32,000 nt of DNA. It comes from Vibrio alginolyticus NBRC 15630 = ATCC 17749 (GTDB taxonomy: Bacteria > Pseudomonadota > Gammaproteobacteria > Enterobacterales > Vibrionaceae). Made by a program: the position numbers and the translations under genes. The stretch covers positions 2,940,001 through 2,972,000 of the forward strand of contig NC_022349.1 of NCBI RefSeq assembly GCF_000354175.2, in the 5' to 3' direction. The notes under the pieces were generated by a model. It was given only the letters and a program-made list of their open reading frames with translations. It did not search any database and was not told the origin of the DNA. This document shows positions 1 to 11,705 of the stretch, one piece after another (the stretch's first letter is position 1; the number at the start of each line of letters is the position of its first letter).

Positions 1-795
<795 letters not shown>

Positions 796-887
796 ACAAC
801 ACCCAAGGGGTTTTGATGGACTCAATGAAAGAACATTGAATGTGTAAGAACGAGAATTAAAAAAACAGCTTTCCGAATTAAAGAATT

Positions 888-1007
888 TGCTTGGCGACCA
901 TAGCGTTTTGGACCCACCTGATTTCCATGCCGAACTCAGAAGTGAAACGAAATAGCGCCGATGGTAGTGTGGGGCTTCCCCATGTGAGAGTAGGACATCG
1001 CCAGGCT
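888..1007 (+). rRNA. rrf: 5S ribosomal RNA
   Basis: TGCTTGGCGACCATAGCG...CCATGCCGAACTCAGAAGTGAAACG...GCGCCGATGGTAGTGTGGGG...GAGAGTAGGACATCGCCAGGCT aligns along its full length with E. coli 5S rRNA. The ends are accurate to within about 2 nt. Confidence 0.93.
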
Positions 1008-1083
1008 TTAGTTTTATTTTCACTTTTTCGAAAAGTGAAGACAAAAGCGGACGCTTGCTTATTAAAGCGAGTGATACCACTGC

Positions 1084-1160
1084 GGAGTGGTAGTTCAGTT
1101 GGTTAGAATACCGGCCTGTCACGCCGGGGGTCGCGGGTTCGAGTCCCGTCCACTCCGCCA
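1084..1160 (+). tRNA. tRNA-Asp (anticodon GTC)
   Basis: GGAGTGGTAGTTCAGTTGGTTAGAATACCGGCCTGTCACGCCGGGGGTCGCGGGTTCGAGTCCCGTCCACTCCGCCA is near-identical to E. coli tRNA-Asp. The anticodon loop is CTGTCAC and the CCA end is encoded. Confidence 0.95.
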
Positions 1161-1195
1161 CTTATTTGAGCGTCGTCTCAATAAACACGAATTAC

Positions 1196-1272
<77 letters not shown>

Positions 1273-1280
1273 TACTCTAA

Positions 1281-1310
1281 AGCCTCAGCAGTAATGCTGG
1301 GGCTTTTTTG
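1281..1310 (+). terminator. Rho-independent terminator of the rrn/tRNA operon
   Basis: A 9-bp stem, AGCCTCAGC / GCTGGGGCT (one G-U pair), with a 6-nt loop, followed by TTTTTT (1304-1309). Confidence 0.75.
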
Positions 1311-1745
1311 CATCTGAAGAAAAGAGAATCTGACTAGTTGGAGAGTTGTCGATTCCTCTCATACCAAAGTATCGGGGGATTGAAAGTTCATATCTCCGAG
1401 ATATTGGTCCACTTCACCTATCCCCCATGTTCATAAGCTCTGGCTTAGGTCAGGGGCTCTTTTATTCCTAACGTATAGTTTCGACGTTAGGTGTATGTTT
1501 ATCCAACGAATATGGCATACCTTTGCTTCAGATAGTTTTATTTTCTAGTAATGTAATTACTAAATGTTGATGTATCGCTTTGCTCTTTCTGTTTTACCTT
1601 CGAATTTCATAACACTTTTTCTTCGTTATCGAGCACATCTGATTCACAATCTATTGAAAGGTCAGTGGTTACATTGGCTTGGATGATTACTGACTTGGTT
1701 CCTGTTATCATCATGCATTAATGCTAATAATTAGGAAGTAAGTTT

Positions 1746-2078
1746 ATGCCACATTTTCGATTCCGTGCTGTAGAGCCACAAGCTGTTCAGGCATTATCAA
1801 AACCCCTTACGGATGAACTTCAGCCTCTAATGGACTGTCCGCGTGAGGATTTTACTTTTGAGTATATCTACACTACGTTTTTCAATGAGGGTGAGGTGAG
1901 TGCTGCATATCCTTTTGTCGAAGTGCTTTGGTTCGACCGTGGCCAGGAAGTGCAAGATGAAGTTGCCAAGCTTATTACGCAACAAGTGCGCGGTATCGCT
2001 GGTGCCGATATTGATGTTGCAGTTATCTTTTCCGCCTTATCTCCTAAAGCTTATTACGATAATGGCGAACACTACTAA
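1746..2078 (+). CDS. Small conserved protein, DUF1904-like (tautomerase-fold candidate)
   Basis: 110-aa ORF with RBS AGGAAG 7 nt upstream. It begins Met-Pro and shows two beta-alpha-beta-like halves (PHFRFRAV... and PFVEVLWFDRGQEVQDEVAKLI...). It stops 12 nt before mepA. The family assignment is from memory of the DUF1904 pattern and is not verified. Confidence 0.6.
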   Translation: MPHFRFRAVEPQAVQALSKPLTDELQPLMDCPREDFTFEYIYTTFFNEGEVSAAYPFVEVLWFDRGQEVQDEVAKLITQQVRGIAGADIDVAVIFSALSPKAYYDNGEHY

Positions 2079-2090
2079 AGGTTAAAGGCT

Positions 2091-2927
2091 ATGAGGCTGA
2101 GTTTCATTGTAACTTTGGGTTTATGTTTCTCAGCTTCAGTATGTTCTACTCCTTGGGAGTCTGCGGTTAATCCTACCCGAAACTCTTCCTCCTCTATTGG
2201 TAGTTATGCTAACGGTTGTTTAGATGGTGCATTACCCTTGCCTCTCGATGGCGTTGGTTATCAAGTCTTACGTAGTAAAACGAAGCGCTACTATGGGCAC
2301 CCTAAAACGATAGAGTTTATTGAAAATCTGGCGCTTAAAGCTCATCAAAATCTCAACACCACTCTGCTAATTGGTGATTTGTCTTTACCTAGAGGTGGAA
2401 GGTTCTCCTCTGGTCATTCTAGTCATCAAACCGGGTTAGATATCGATATCTGGTTAAGACTTGCTGACCAACCGCTTTCTTATAACGAATTACAACTTCC
2501 TAAACCCATGAGTGTGGTGGATTTAAAAGGTTATTCCATACTTAATCATCGCTGGGAAGAGCGGCACTTTAAGCTAATTCGGTACGCTTCAAAAAGTAAG
2601 GATGTTGCACGAATTTTTGTACATCCTGTTATTAAGGAGCAACTTTGCTTGCAAGAAAACGGCAAAGATCGTTCTTGGTTACGTAAAGTACGTCCATGGT
2701 GGGGGCATCATTACCACTTTCACGTCAGGTTATCTTGTCCTGATTCGAGCGACTATTGTGTTGATCAAGCACCACCTCCAGTAGGTGATGGTTGCGGTGC
2801 TGAGCTTGCAAGTTGGGCCCCGAAAGCAAAACCTACTGATCCCCCTCAACGGGTAAAAACAACCTCTAAGCCCAAACGAAAAAAAGTCGTTCCACCTCAA
2901 TGCTTGCCGCTTATCAATCCAAATTAG
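2091..2927 (+). CDS. mepA: Penicillin-insensitive murein DD-endopeptidase MepA
   Basis: 278 aa with an N-terminal signal peptide. It carries MepA hallmark motifs: SSGHSSHQTGLDIDIW and WWGHHYHFHVRLSCP (zinc ligands of the LAS metallopeptidase fold). Confidence 0.9.
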   Translation: MRLSFIVTLGLCFSASVCSTPWESAVNPTRNSSSSIGSYANGCLDGALPLPLDGVGYQVLRSKTKRYYGHPKTIEFIENLALKAHQNLNTTLLIGDLSLPRGGRFSSGHSSHQTGLDIDIWLRLADQPLSYNELQLPKPMSVVDLKGYSILNHRWEERHFKLIRYASKSKDVARIFVHPVIKEQLCLQENGKDRSWLRKVRPWWGHHYHFHVRLSCPDSSDYCVDQAPPPVGDGCGAELASWAPKAKPTDPPQRVKTTSKPKRKKVVPPQCLPLINPN

Positions 2928-3250
2928 TGTTACTCTTCAGGTTTATCTGTACTTGGTGATCTCTTTTATGAAACTGGAGAAACATCATACTTTTGTCTAC
3001 ATTGAATAGTACCAATACAAAAACTAACCCAATCAGTTTTGGGGACATATTATAGAAATCTAAATTAAACAAAGAGTTGTAGTATGGGTAAGTTGTAACT
3101 TCTCTGTTTAGAAAAAGATCTTTCGTCACGATACTCTGGTTTCTTAGCAATATGTCTGTCAGTTGGCTAAAAAGCGATAACAACGCAGACAAGTGTGTAA
3201 GGCAGGGATATCCCCTTTTCCTGTTAGAAGAGTAAATCAAGGACAAAACC

Positions 3251-3559
3251 ATGACTATGATTTGTGCAAAAGAATTTGCAGAGTGGTTAAGACACAGATT
3301 TAGCAGTGATACTAAAGGAGTCTCTTTGACTCGAGAGGATGTGAATCACCTGACTGGGCGTCAACGCCTTGATCCGGGTTTTGTTAATGATGTGCATTAT
3401 GAGCTGATGCAATATGGGATGGCTTTCGTTACTGATACGAGCCGAGAAAACTTTTATTTAATACCTGTTTCTCAAGCGGAAAATTGGCGTGAGAGACTAG
3501 AGTATCATTTTGAAAAAGAGCTATTCTGCAATATTATCCCTATTGAAAAATCAGGTTGA
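3251..3559 (+). CDS. Hypothetical protein (102 aa), no family recognised
   Basis: ORF with RBS AAGGA 7 nt upstream of the ATG. Its composition is normal compared with the AT-rich upstream region. It is followed by a strong 12-bp hairpin. I recognise no motif. Confidence 0.55.
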   Translation: MTMICAKEFAEWLRHRFSSDTKGVSLTREDVNHLTGRQRLDPGFVNDVHYELMQYGMAFVTDTSRENFYLIPVSQAENWRERLEYHFEKELFCNIIPIEKSG

Positions 3560-3560
3560 G

Positions 3561-3596
3561 AAAAGGTTCAACTTTGATGCCAAAGTTGAACCTAAT
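3561..3596 (-). terminator. Terminator hairpin between convergent genes (best oriented for yegQ-yfhL)
   Basis: Perfect 12-bp stem GGTTCAACTTTG / CAAAGTTGAACC (3565-3576 / 3581-3592) with loop ATGC. On the minus strand it is followed by TTTTCTC. On the plus strand it is preceded by AAAA. Confidence 0.7.
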
Positions 3597-3601
3597 TGCT
3601 C

Positions 3602-5259
<1,658 letters not shown>

Positions 5260-5373
5260 TGCTCAATTCTCTTTTATCTGATCACAAGTCAGGCCAATTC
5301 CACCTAATGGAAATGGGGCGCAAATTTTACGTCAAAATGTGAACTGTGACTAGGGTAATTGTGCTTCAGATAG

Positions 5374-5401
5374 AAAAACGCCCTCAAAAAAAGTGAGGGC
5401 G
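5374..5401 (-). terminator. Rho-independent terminator downstream of rdgC
   Basis: Stem CGCCCTCA / TGAGGGCG (5379-5386 / 5394-5401). On the minus strand it is followed by TTTTT. Confidence 0.7.
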
Positions 5402-5424
5402 TTATGGTTAACCTTTATACAATA

Positions 5425-6348
<924 letters not shown>

Positions 6349-6462
6349 CTAGGCTTGATGACAAGGGACTAATCATAGGGAATTTTTGTGCTGATGTCTT
6401 AATAGAAATGAAAAATATCCGAATGAACCTCAAAAGAAAGTTATATGAAAATTTGTTTTCAA

Positions 6463-6480
6463 AGGTCACAAAAGTGTCAT
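6463..6480 (+). promoter_or_regulatory. Pho box (PhoB binding site) of the phoBR-pstS promoter
   Basis: AGGTCAC-AAAA-GTGTCAT is two 7-bp direct repeats with a 4-bp A-rich spacer (E. coli consensus CTGTCAT-A(A/T)A(T/A)-CTGTCAT). A -10-like GATAAT at 6491-6496 lies 10 bp downstream, the canonical Pho-promoter geometry. Confidence 0.6.
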
Positions 6481-6563
6481 AATTGGTAGTGATAATGCTT
6501 ATGCAAAGAGAGGCGCTTTGTCTCTTAAATTCATTAGCTCAACGAACATAAGGTTACTCAATT

Positions 6564-7253
6564 ATGTCTAGAAGGATTCTGGTTGTTGAAGACGAAGCTC
6601 CTATTCGCGAAATGCTGTGCTTCGTACTTGAGCAGAAAGGTTACCAAGCGGTAGAAGCGGAAGATTACGATACTGCAGTAACCAAACTGGCTGAACCCTT
6701 CCCTGATTTAGTTTTACTGGATTGGATGTTACCAGGCGGTAGTGGCATTAACTTCATCAAACATATGAAGCGAGAGGAATTAACGCGCAACATTCCAGTT
6801 GTGATGCTTACCGCTCGTGGTGAAGAAGAAGATAAAGTGCGTGGTTTAGAAGTTGGTGCGGATGACTACATTACTAAGCCATTCTCTCCTAAAGAGTTGG
6901 TTGCACGCTTAAAAGCGGTCATTCGTCGCGTTACTCCGACTGCACTAGAAGATGTAATTGATGTACAGGGATTGAAGCTTGACCCTGTATCGCACCGTGT
7001 TACGGCTAATGATGCGCCATTAGACATGGGCCCTACAGAATTTAAGATGCTTCATTTTTTCATGACGCATCAAGAACGCGTATACAGCCGTGAGCAGCTA
7101 TTAAACAATGTTTGGGGCACCAACGTGTATGTCGAAGACCGTACAGTCGATGTTCACATTCGCCGCCTGCGTAAAGCATTGGAAGCTGCAGGGCATGATA
7201 AGCTGATCCAAACTGTTCGTGGTGCTGGATACCGCTTCTCGACGAAGGCATAA
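6564..7253 (+). CDS. phoB: Phosphate regulon response regulator PhoB
   Basis: 229 aa OmpR-family regulator. It shows [17 protein letters not shown], the phospho-acceptor region LLDWMLPG, and the winged-helix C-terminus [15 protein letters not shown]...VRGAGYRF. Confidence 0.95.
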   Translation: MSRRILVVEDEAPIREMLCFVLEQKGYQAVEAEDYDTAVTKLAEPFPDLVLLDWMLPGGSGINFIKHMKREELTRNIPVVMLTARGEEEDKVRGLEVGADDYITKPFSPKELVARLKAVIRRVTPTALEDVIDVQGLKLDPVSHRVTANDAPLDMGPTEFKMLHFFMTHQERVYSREQLLNNVWGTNVYVEDRTVDVHIRRLRKALEAAGHDKLIQTVRGAGYRFSTKA

Positions 7254-7293
7254 ATTAACACGCAGCTTATCGGTACCATTTCTGGAGTTATGA

Positions 7294-8592
7294 GTGGTTG
7301 AAAGATTAACGTGGAAAAAGCTGGCCTGGGAGCTGGCTTTTTTTTACACCCCATGGGTGATAGTAGGTTGGATATTCGGTTATATGCCGTGGTTGCTTTT
7401 GGCTGCTACGGCATTGCAGCTTGTGTGGCATTTGCATAACCAAGTACGTTTATCTTCTTGGTTATGGGATGAAAAACGCCTCACGCCACCGTCAGGTAGC
7501 GGTAACTGGGAATCTTTGTTCAATGGGTTGTATCGCTTACAACAGCGCCAACGCCGCAAACGAAAAGAACTTACTAATCTTATTCGTCGATTCCGAAATG
7601 GTGCAGAATCGCTACCCGATGCGGTAGTGGTATTCCGTGCTGAAGGAAATATTGTTTGGTGCAACAAGCTGGCTCAGCACTTACTGGGCTTCCATTGGCC
7701 AGAAGATTCAGGTCAACCTATCTCCAATCTCATTCGTACACCTGATTTTATCAAGTACCTCAACAAGAAAGACTTTTCGGAGCCATTAGAAATGCGTTCA
7801 CCACTCAATGTCGAACGCATGCTAGAACTACGTATCGTACCGTATACCGAAGGTGAACATTTGATGGTGGTGCGTGATGTTAGCCAGTTAAAACAACTTG
7901 AGGGAATGCGTCGCAACTTCTTTGCCAACGTATCTCATGAACTGCGTACACCAATGACGGTGCTACAAGGTTATCTTGAGATGACAGAAGACCCTGATAT
8001 GGTCGTGGGTCCAATGTGGAGCAAAGCTCATGGTGTCATGACGGAGCAGCTTAACCGCATGAACAGTTTGGTGAACCAACTACTGACACTATCTAAAATT
8101 GAAGCGGCACCTATGCATGAGCTTGAGGAAGTCGTGAATGTGCCCGCGATGCTTGAAGTGTTAGAAAAAGAGGCGGTTAGCCTTAGTGGGGACAACCAAC
8201 ATAAATTGAAATTTGATGTTGATGCAAGCCTACGCGTGTTGGGCGATGATGACCAGTTACGTAGTGCTATCTCTAACCTCGTTTATAACGCCGTCAAATA
8301 CACACCACCTGGTGCGAACATTAATGTTCGTTGGTTCCAGACCTCTCAAGGCGCATGCTTAGAGGTGGAAGATAGCGGTGATGGTATTGAACCTCAGCAC
8401 CTACACCGACTTACCGAGCGTTTTTATCGAGTAGATAAAGCAAGATCACGTGATACTGGAGGAAGTGGTTTAGGGCTAGCCATTGTAAAACACGCGCTGA
8501 GTCACCATGACTCTCATTTAGAAATTCACAGTGAAGTAGGCGTGGGCAGTAAGTTTTCTTTCGTATTGCCTGAGCGTTTGGTGGTGAAATAA
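7294..8592 (+). CDS. phoR: Phosphate regulon sensor histidine kinase PhoR
   Basis: 432 aa with a GTG start and GGAG 6 nt upstream. It has N-terminal TM segments, a PAS-like region, the H-box [14 protein letters not shown], and an ATPase domain with the G-box [14 protein letters not shown]. Confidence 0.93.
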   Translation: MVERLTWKKLAWELAFFYTPWVIVGWIFGYMPWLLLAATALQLVWHLHNQVRLSSWLWDEKRLTPPSGSGNWESLFNGLYRLQQRQRRKRKELTNLIRRFRNGAESLPDAVVVFRAEGNIVWCNKLAQHLLGFHWPEDSGQPISNLIRTPDFIKYLNKKDFSEPLEMRSPLNVERMLELRIVPYTEGEHLMVVRDVSQLKQLEGMRRNFFANVSHELRTPMTVLQGYLEMTEDPDMVVGPMWSKAHGVMTEQLNRMNSLVNQLLTLSKIEAAPMHELEEVVNVPAMLEVLEKEAVSLSGDNQHKLKFDVDASLRVLGDDDQLRSAISNLVYNAVKYTPPGANINVRWFQTSQGACLEVEDSGDGIEPQHLHRLTERFYRVDKARSRDTGGSGLGLAIVKHALSHHDSHLEIHSEVGVGSKFSFVLPERLVVK

Positions 8593-9551
8593 TGGCGTTA
8601 CGATTGGCAAAAACATTCAGTTTATTCGCGCTTGTTTGTTCCTGTATGGCTGGCGCTCAAGATAAACCATTGCCGAGTTATCATAAAACGACGGGGATTG
8701 TCGGGAACTTGCTCTCTGTTGGCTCCGATACACTTGCGGGTATGACAACGCTTTGGGTTGAAGAGTTTAAATCCATTTACCCGAATATTAATGCGCAAGT
8801 CCAAGCATCTGGCTCTTCTACTGCCCCTCCAGCATTGACCGAACAAACAGCTCAGTTTGGTCCCATGAGCCGCCCTATGCGTTTAAGAGAGGTTGAAGCG
8901 TTTGAACGTGAACATGGCTACAAGCCAACGGCGCTTAGGGTAGCCATCGATGCAATCGGTATTTTTGTTCATCAAGATAATCCAATTCAAGGTCTTAACT
9001 TTAGTCAATTAGATGCTTTGTTTTCTGCCACGCTACGCTGTGGTGAAAGTCAATTTGTAACAAACTGGCAGCAACTCGGCCTTGAATCACAGTGGGCAAA
9101 GCGAAACGTACAGTTGTTTGGTCGTAACTCCGTTTCTGGAACTTATGGTTACTTCAAAAGTAATGCCTTGTGTGGCGGCGATTTCAAGACCCGAGTTAAC
9201 GAGCAGCCAGGCTCCGCGTCAGTTGTGCAAGCTGTAGCGTCAACCATCAGTGGAATTGGTTATTCCGGTGTCGGTTATCGAGTGGCAGGTGTGCGCTTAG
9301 TCCCTGTGGCTAAAATGGGAAATGACTACGTGACTCCAACGCGAGAACATATTGTTAGTGGTAAGTACCCACTATCACGTTACTTATATGTTTACGTGAA
9401 TAAGCACCCTGATTACCCATTAACACCAATTGAAGCTGAATTTATTCGCTTTATCTTTTCTGCTCAGGGACAAGCGTTGGTTGAGAAAGATGGTTATGTG
9501 CCCATTACGGCAGACTTTGCAGAAGAAGAGTTAAAAAAAGTCGGCCTGTAA
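8592..9551 (+). CDS. pstS: PstS-family periplasmic phosphate-binding protein
   Basis: 319 aa with a signal peptide (predicted cleavage ...AGA|QD). It shows PBP-like-2 motifs (GSDTLAGM..., SGSSTAPPAL, FGPMSRP, NSVSGTYGYF). Its ATG overlaps the phoR stop by 1 nt (TAATG). Confidence 0.85.
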   Translation: MALRLAKTFSLFALVCSCMAGAQDKPLPSYHKTTGIVGNLLSVGSDTLAGMTTLWVEEFKSIYPNINAQVQASGSSTAPPALTEQTAQFGPMSRPMRLREVEAFEREHGYKPTALRVAIDAIGIFVHQDNPIQGLNFSQLDALFSATLRCGESQFVTNWQQLGLESQWAKRNVQLFGRNSVSGTYGYFKSNALCGGDFKTRVNEQPGSASVVQAVASTISGIGYSGVGYRVAGVRLVPVAKMGNDYVTPTREHIVSGKYPLSRYLYVYVNKHPDYPLTPIEAEFIRFIFSAQGQALVEKDGYVPITADFAEEELKKVGL

Positions 9552-9567
9552 GCCGACTTTTTATTTT
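9533..9567. terminator. Bidirectional rho-independent terminator
   Basis: A7 (9533-9539), stem GTCGGC (9540-9545), loop CTGTAA (contains the pstS stop codon), stem GCCGAC (9552-9557), then T5 (9558-9562). The A-tract and T-tract flank the stem symmetrically. Confidence 0.75.
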
Positions 9568-9575
9568 CAGCCCTA

Positions 9576-9599
9576 AACCACCTACTTCAGTAGGTGGTT
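9576..9599 (+). repeat. IS200 left-end subterminal hairpin
   Basis: Perfect 10-bp stem AACCACCTAC / GTAGGTGGTT with loop TTCA. Confidence 0.8.
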
Positions 9600-9627
9600 A
9601 TCATCCGTTTCGGCTTTGCCTGTAAAA

Positions 9628-9690
9628 CTACTCATGCTAAATGCGTCTTTGATTTTTCCAGAAGTCAAAGAGGACAAATAACATGAGTAG
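9628..9690 (+). promoter_or_regulatory. tnpA translation-occluding leader structure
   Basis: CTACTCATG (9628-9636) is the exact reverse complement of CATGAGTAG (9682-9690), which contains the tnpA ATG. A nested hairpin, TCTTTGA (9646-9652) / TCAAAGA (9665-9671), covers part of the Shine-Dalgarno AAAGAGGA. Confidence 0.65.
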
Positions 9691-10117
9691 ATACAATCAA
9701 GCTTCCCACGTATTTTGGCGTTGTCAATACCATATAGTGTGGACGCCAAAGTATCGATTTAGGATCTTGAAGAACAATATAGGTAAAGAAGTTTATCGAT
9801 GTATTTATGTTTACTGTAATCAACTTGGATGTGAAGTCGTAGAGCTAAACGTACAAGTTGACCACGTACATTTAGTTGTAAAGGTCCCACCAAAGCTTTC
9901 GATATCCAAGTTGATGGGGGTATTGAAAGGCAAAATAGCCTTAAAGCTATTTAGCAAGTTTCCTCACCTTAGGAAGAACAGGCTTTGGGGTAATCACTTT
10001 TGGCAAAGAGGCTATTTTGTCGATAGTGTTGGAATCAATGAAGAAATAATACGCCGATATGTAAGACATCAAGAGAAGCAAGAGCGAGTAGAGCAGCAGC
10101 AATTGGCGCTGGACTAA
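9683..10117 (+). CDS. tnpA: IS200/IS605-family Y1 (HUH) transposase TnpA
   Basis: 144 aa with a CQYHIVWTPKYR N-terminus, the HUH motif VDHVHLVV, and a catalytic Tyr context RRYVRHQ (YxxxQ). It is collinear with Salmonella IS200 TnpA. Confidence 0.93.
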   Translation: MSRYNQASHVFWRCQYHIVWTPKYRFRILKNNIGKEVYRCIYVYCNQLGCEVVELNVQVDHVHLVVKVPPKLSISKLMGVLKGKIALKLFSKFPHLRKNRLWGNHFWQRGYFVDSVGINEEIIRRYVRHQEKQERVEQQQLALD

Positions 10118-10123
10118 ACAAAG

Positions 10124-10170
10124 GCCCCCTTTTAGGGGGCTCACACAAAGCCACCTTCTTTAGAAGGTGG
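10124..10170. repeat. IS200 right-end hairpins
   Basis: GCCCCC-TTTTA-GGGGGC (10124-10140) and CCACCTTC-TTTA-GAAGGTGG (10151-10170). The second shares its arm sequence with the left-end hairpin. Confidence 0.75.
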
Positions 10171-10199
10171 TAATTTACTTAGGTATGGGCAGTACGAGA

Positions 10200-11705
10200 T
10201 CAGAAAGTGAGTGTCCACTTCGCGCTGTCCCAACGTTCTTGTTCTTCCTGTAAATCCGCGTGAAGTAATTTATTGTTTTCTAGCCATGCTTCATCTGTGC
10301 ATGTGAGAATCCATTCGTCATTTTTGATAGATAAGGTGATATCAGGCAATGGATCTTCATTACGCTGCCCATTTAATACGATAGAAAGTCGTAATATTTT
10401 GATGAGGCTTATAACGTCACTCTGTTTATAGAGGTTGAAATCTGGTAGTTCTTGCAATTTGAGCGCTTTACGCTGGAAGCGAGCTAATGTTGCAAGCACT
10501 AATTGCTGCTCACGGTTGAAGCCTTGTAGGGTGGAGTGCAACAGAATATAAAAAGAGTGGCGATGGAAACTACGCAAGTTAATACTTAATCCGACTTCAT
10601 GAAGCAACGCTGCCCACTCTAGTAAGTCAAATAACTCACTCTTTTTCTTAATGCCTAGTTCAGAGCGTACCTGACATAACATCTCACGTGCATGCCCCTT
10701 AACACGAGCGGCATGCTCTAAGTCGACTCGGTGCTTGTTGGCTAAATTTTCTGTGGTGCGCATGCGAATATCGGAGCGCGCAAAACGCTCTTCCATTTCG
10801 TACAACAGGCCTTCGCGCAGAGCACCATCGGAGAAAAACATCTGCTCAATGCGAAGCGCTTTGAAAATCGCGGACAAAATCGCTACGCCTGCTGCGAATA
10901 CGGGTTTACGTTCTTCTGTTAGACCAGTCAGTTCAATATCTTCAATTGAATCAAATTTACACAGAGTTTCGATAAGTGTATCCAGTCGACTCGCTGTGAT
11001 CAGGCCATCTTCAAAACCTAATCCTACTAGCACTTCTTGAATCGCTTTGATGGTTCCTGATGAGCCGAGAGCAATATCCCAGCCCTTTTTACGATATGTT
11101 GAGGCGATGGACTCGAGTTTTTGTTCGGCCGCTAACATCGCCTTACTGAAGTTTTTGCCTGACAGTTTGCCGTTTTTAAAGTATTGCTCTGTAAAACTGA
11201 CGCATCCCATCTGTTTACTGTTGAGAAGCTCAGGCTCAAATTCTTGTCCAATAATCATCTCGGTACTGCCGCCTCCGATATCGATGACTAGTTTGGAGTT
11301 GGATTCTACTTGAGTGTGCGCGACACCTAAGTAAATCAGGCGGGCTTCTTCTTCTCCAGGGATAATTTCTATTGGGAAAGGCATCACTTCTTTTGCACGC
11401 TCGATGAAAAGGTGGGCATTTTTAGCGCGTCTTAGTGTGTGTGTGGCGGCGATACGCACATTTGACTCATCAAGCCCTTGCAACCTTTCAGCGAACATGG
11501 CTAAGCATTCTAGCGCACGCTCCATTGCGGCGTGACTTAAGTTCAATTCACTGTCGAGTCCTGATGCTAAGCGAACACGCTGTTTATGACGGCTAACCAG
11601 TTGTAAGTCACTGCCTACAACCTTGGCCACTACCATGTGGAAACTGTTTGAGCCGAGGTCTATCGCGGCAATGTAGCGAGTATCTTGTTCAAGTATTTGA
11701 GGCAT
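10200..11705 (-). CDS. ppx: Exopolyphosphatase Ppx
   Basis: 501 aa with the Ppx/GppA ASKHA-fold N-terminus [18 protein letters not shown] and the DIGGGSTE motif. It overlaps the ppk stop by 17 nt, so the two form an operon. Confidence 0.93.
   Translation of the reverse strand: MPQILEQDTRYIAAIDLGSNSFHMVVAKVVGSDLQLVSRHKQRVRLASGLDSELNLSHAAMERALECLAMFAERLQGLDESNVRIAATHTLRRAKNAHLFIERAKEVMPFPIEIIPGEEEARLIYLGVAHTQVESNSKLVIDIGGGSTEMIIGQEFEPELLNSKQMGCVSFTEQYFKNGKLSGKNFSKAMLAAEQKLESIASTYRKKGWDIALGSSGTIKAIQEVLVGLGFEDGLITASRLDTLIETLCKFDSIEDIELTGLTEERKPVFAAGVAILSAIFKALRIEQMFFSDGALREGLLYEMEERFARSDIRMRTTENLANKHRVDLEHAARVKGHAREMLCQVRSELGIKKKSELFDLLEWAALLHEVGLSINLRSFHRHSFYILLHSTLQGFNREQQLVLATLARFQRKALKLQELPDFNLYKQSDVISLIKILRLSIVLNGQRNEDPLPDITLSIKNDEWILTCTDEAWLENNKLLHADLQEEQERWDSAKWTLTF

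Larger units (their letters stand above)
9565..10185 (+). mobile_element. IS200-type insertion sequence (IS200/IS605 family, tnpA only); boundaries approximate
   Basis: A Y1 HUH transposase gene is flanked by subterminal hairpins sharing CCACCT...AGGTGG arms (9576-9599 and 10151-10170). The structured 5' leader is typical of IS200. The element has no terminal inverted repeats and no tnpB. The exact ends cannot be set without a second copy or an empty site. Confidence 0.85.

Noticed and set aside
1020-1038. A palindromic hairpin TCACTTTT-TCG-AAAAGTGA in the 5S/tRNA-Asp spacer.
   Set aside because: It is most simply an rRNA/tRNA precursor processing or spacer structure. Nothing suggests an independent element.
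2914-3252. A 112-aa minus-strand ORF between mepA and the orphan gene.
   Set aside because: It is very AT-rich and has no Shine-Dalgarno at the first or the internal Met. It overlaps the mepA 3' end, and its ATG is the complement of the opposite gene's start region. It looks like a chance ORF in AT-rich DNA.
9565-10185. Possibility that the IS200-like unit is a REP-associated RAYT or carries tnpB/omega RNA.
   Set aside because: The protein is collinear with canonical IS200 TnpA (HUH plus YxxxQ). The element is only ~620 bp, with no room for tnpB. No arrays of REP copies are visible elsewhere in the window.
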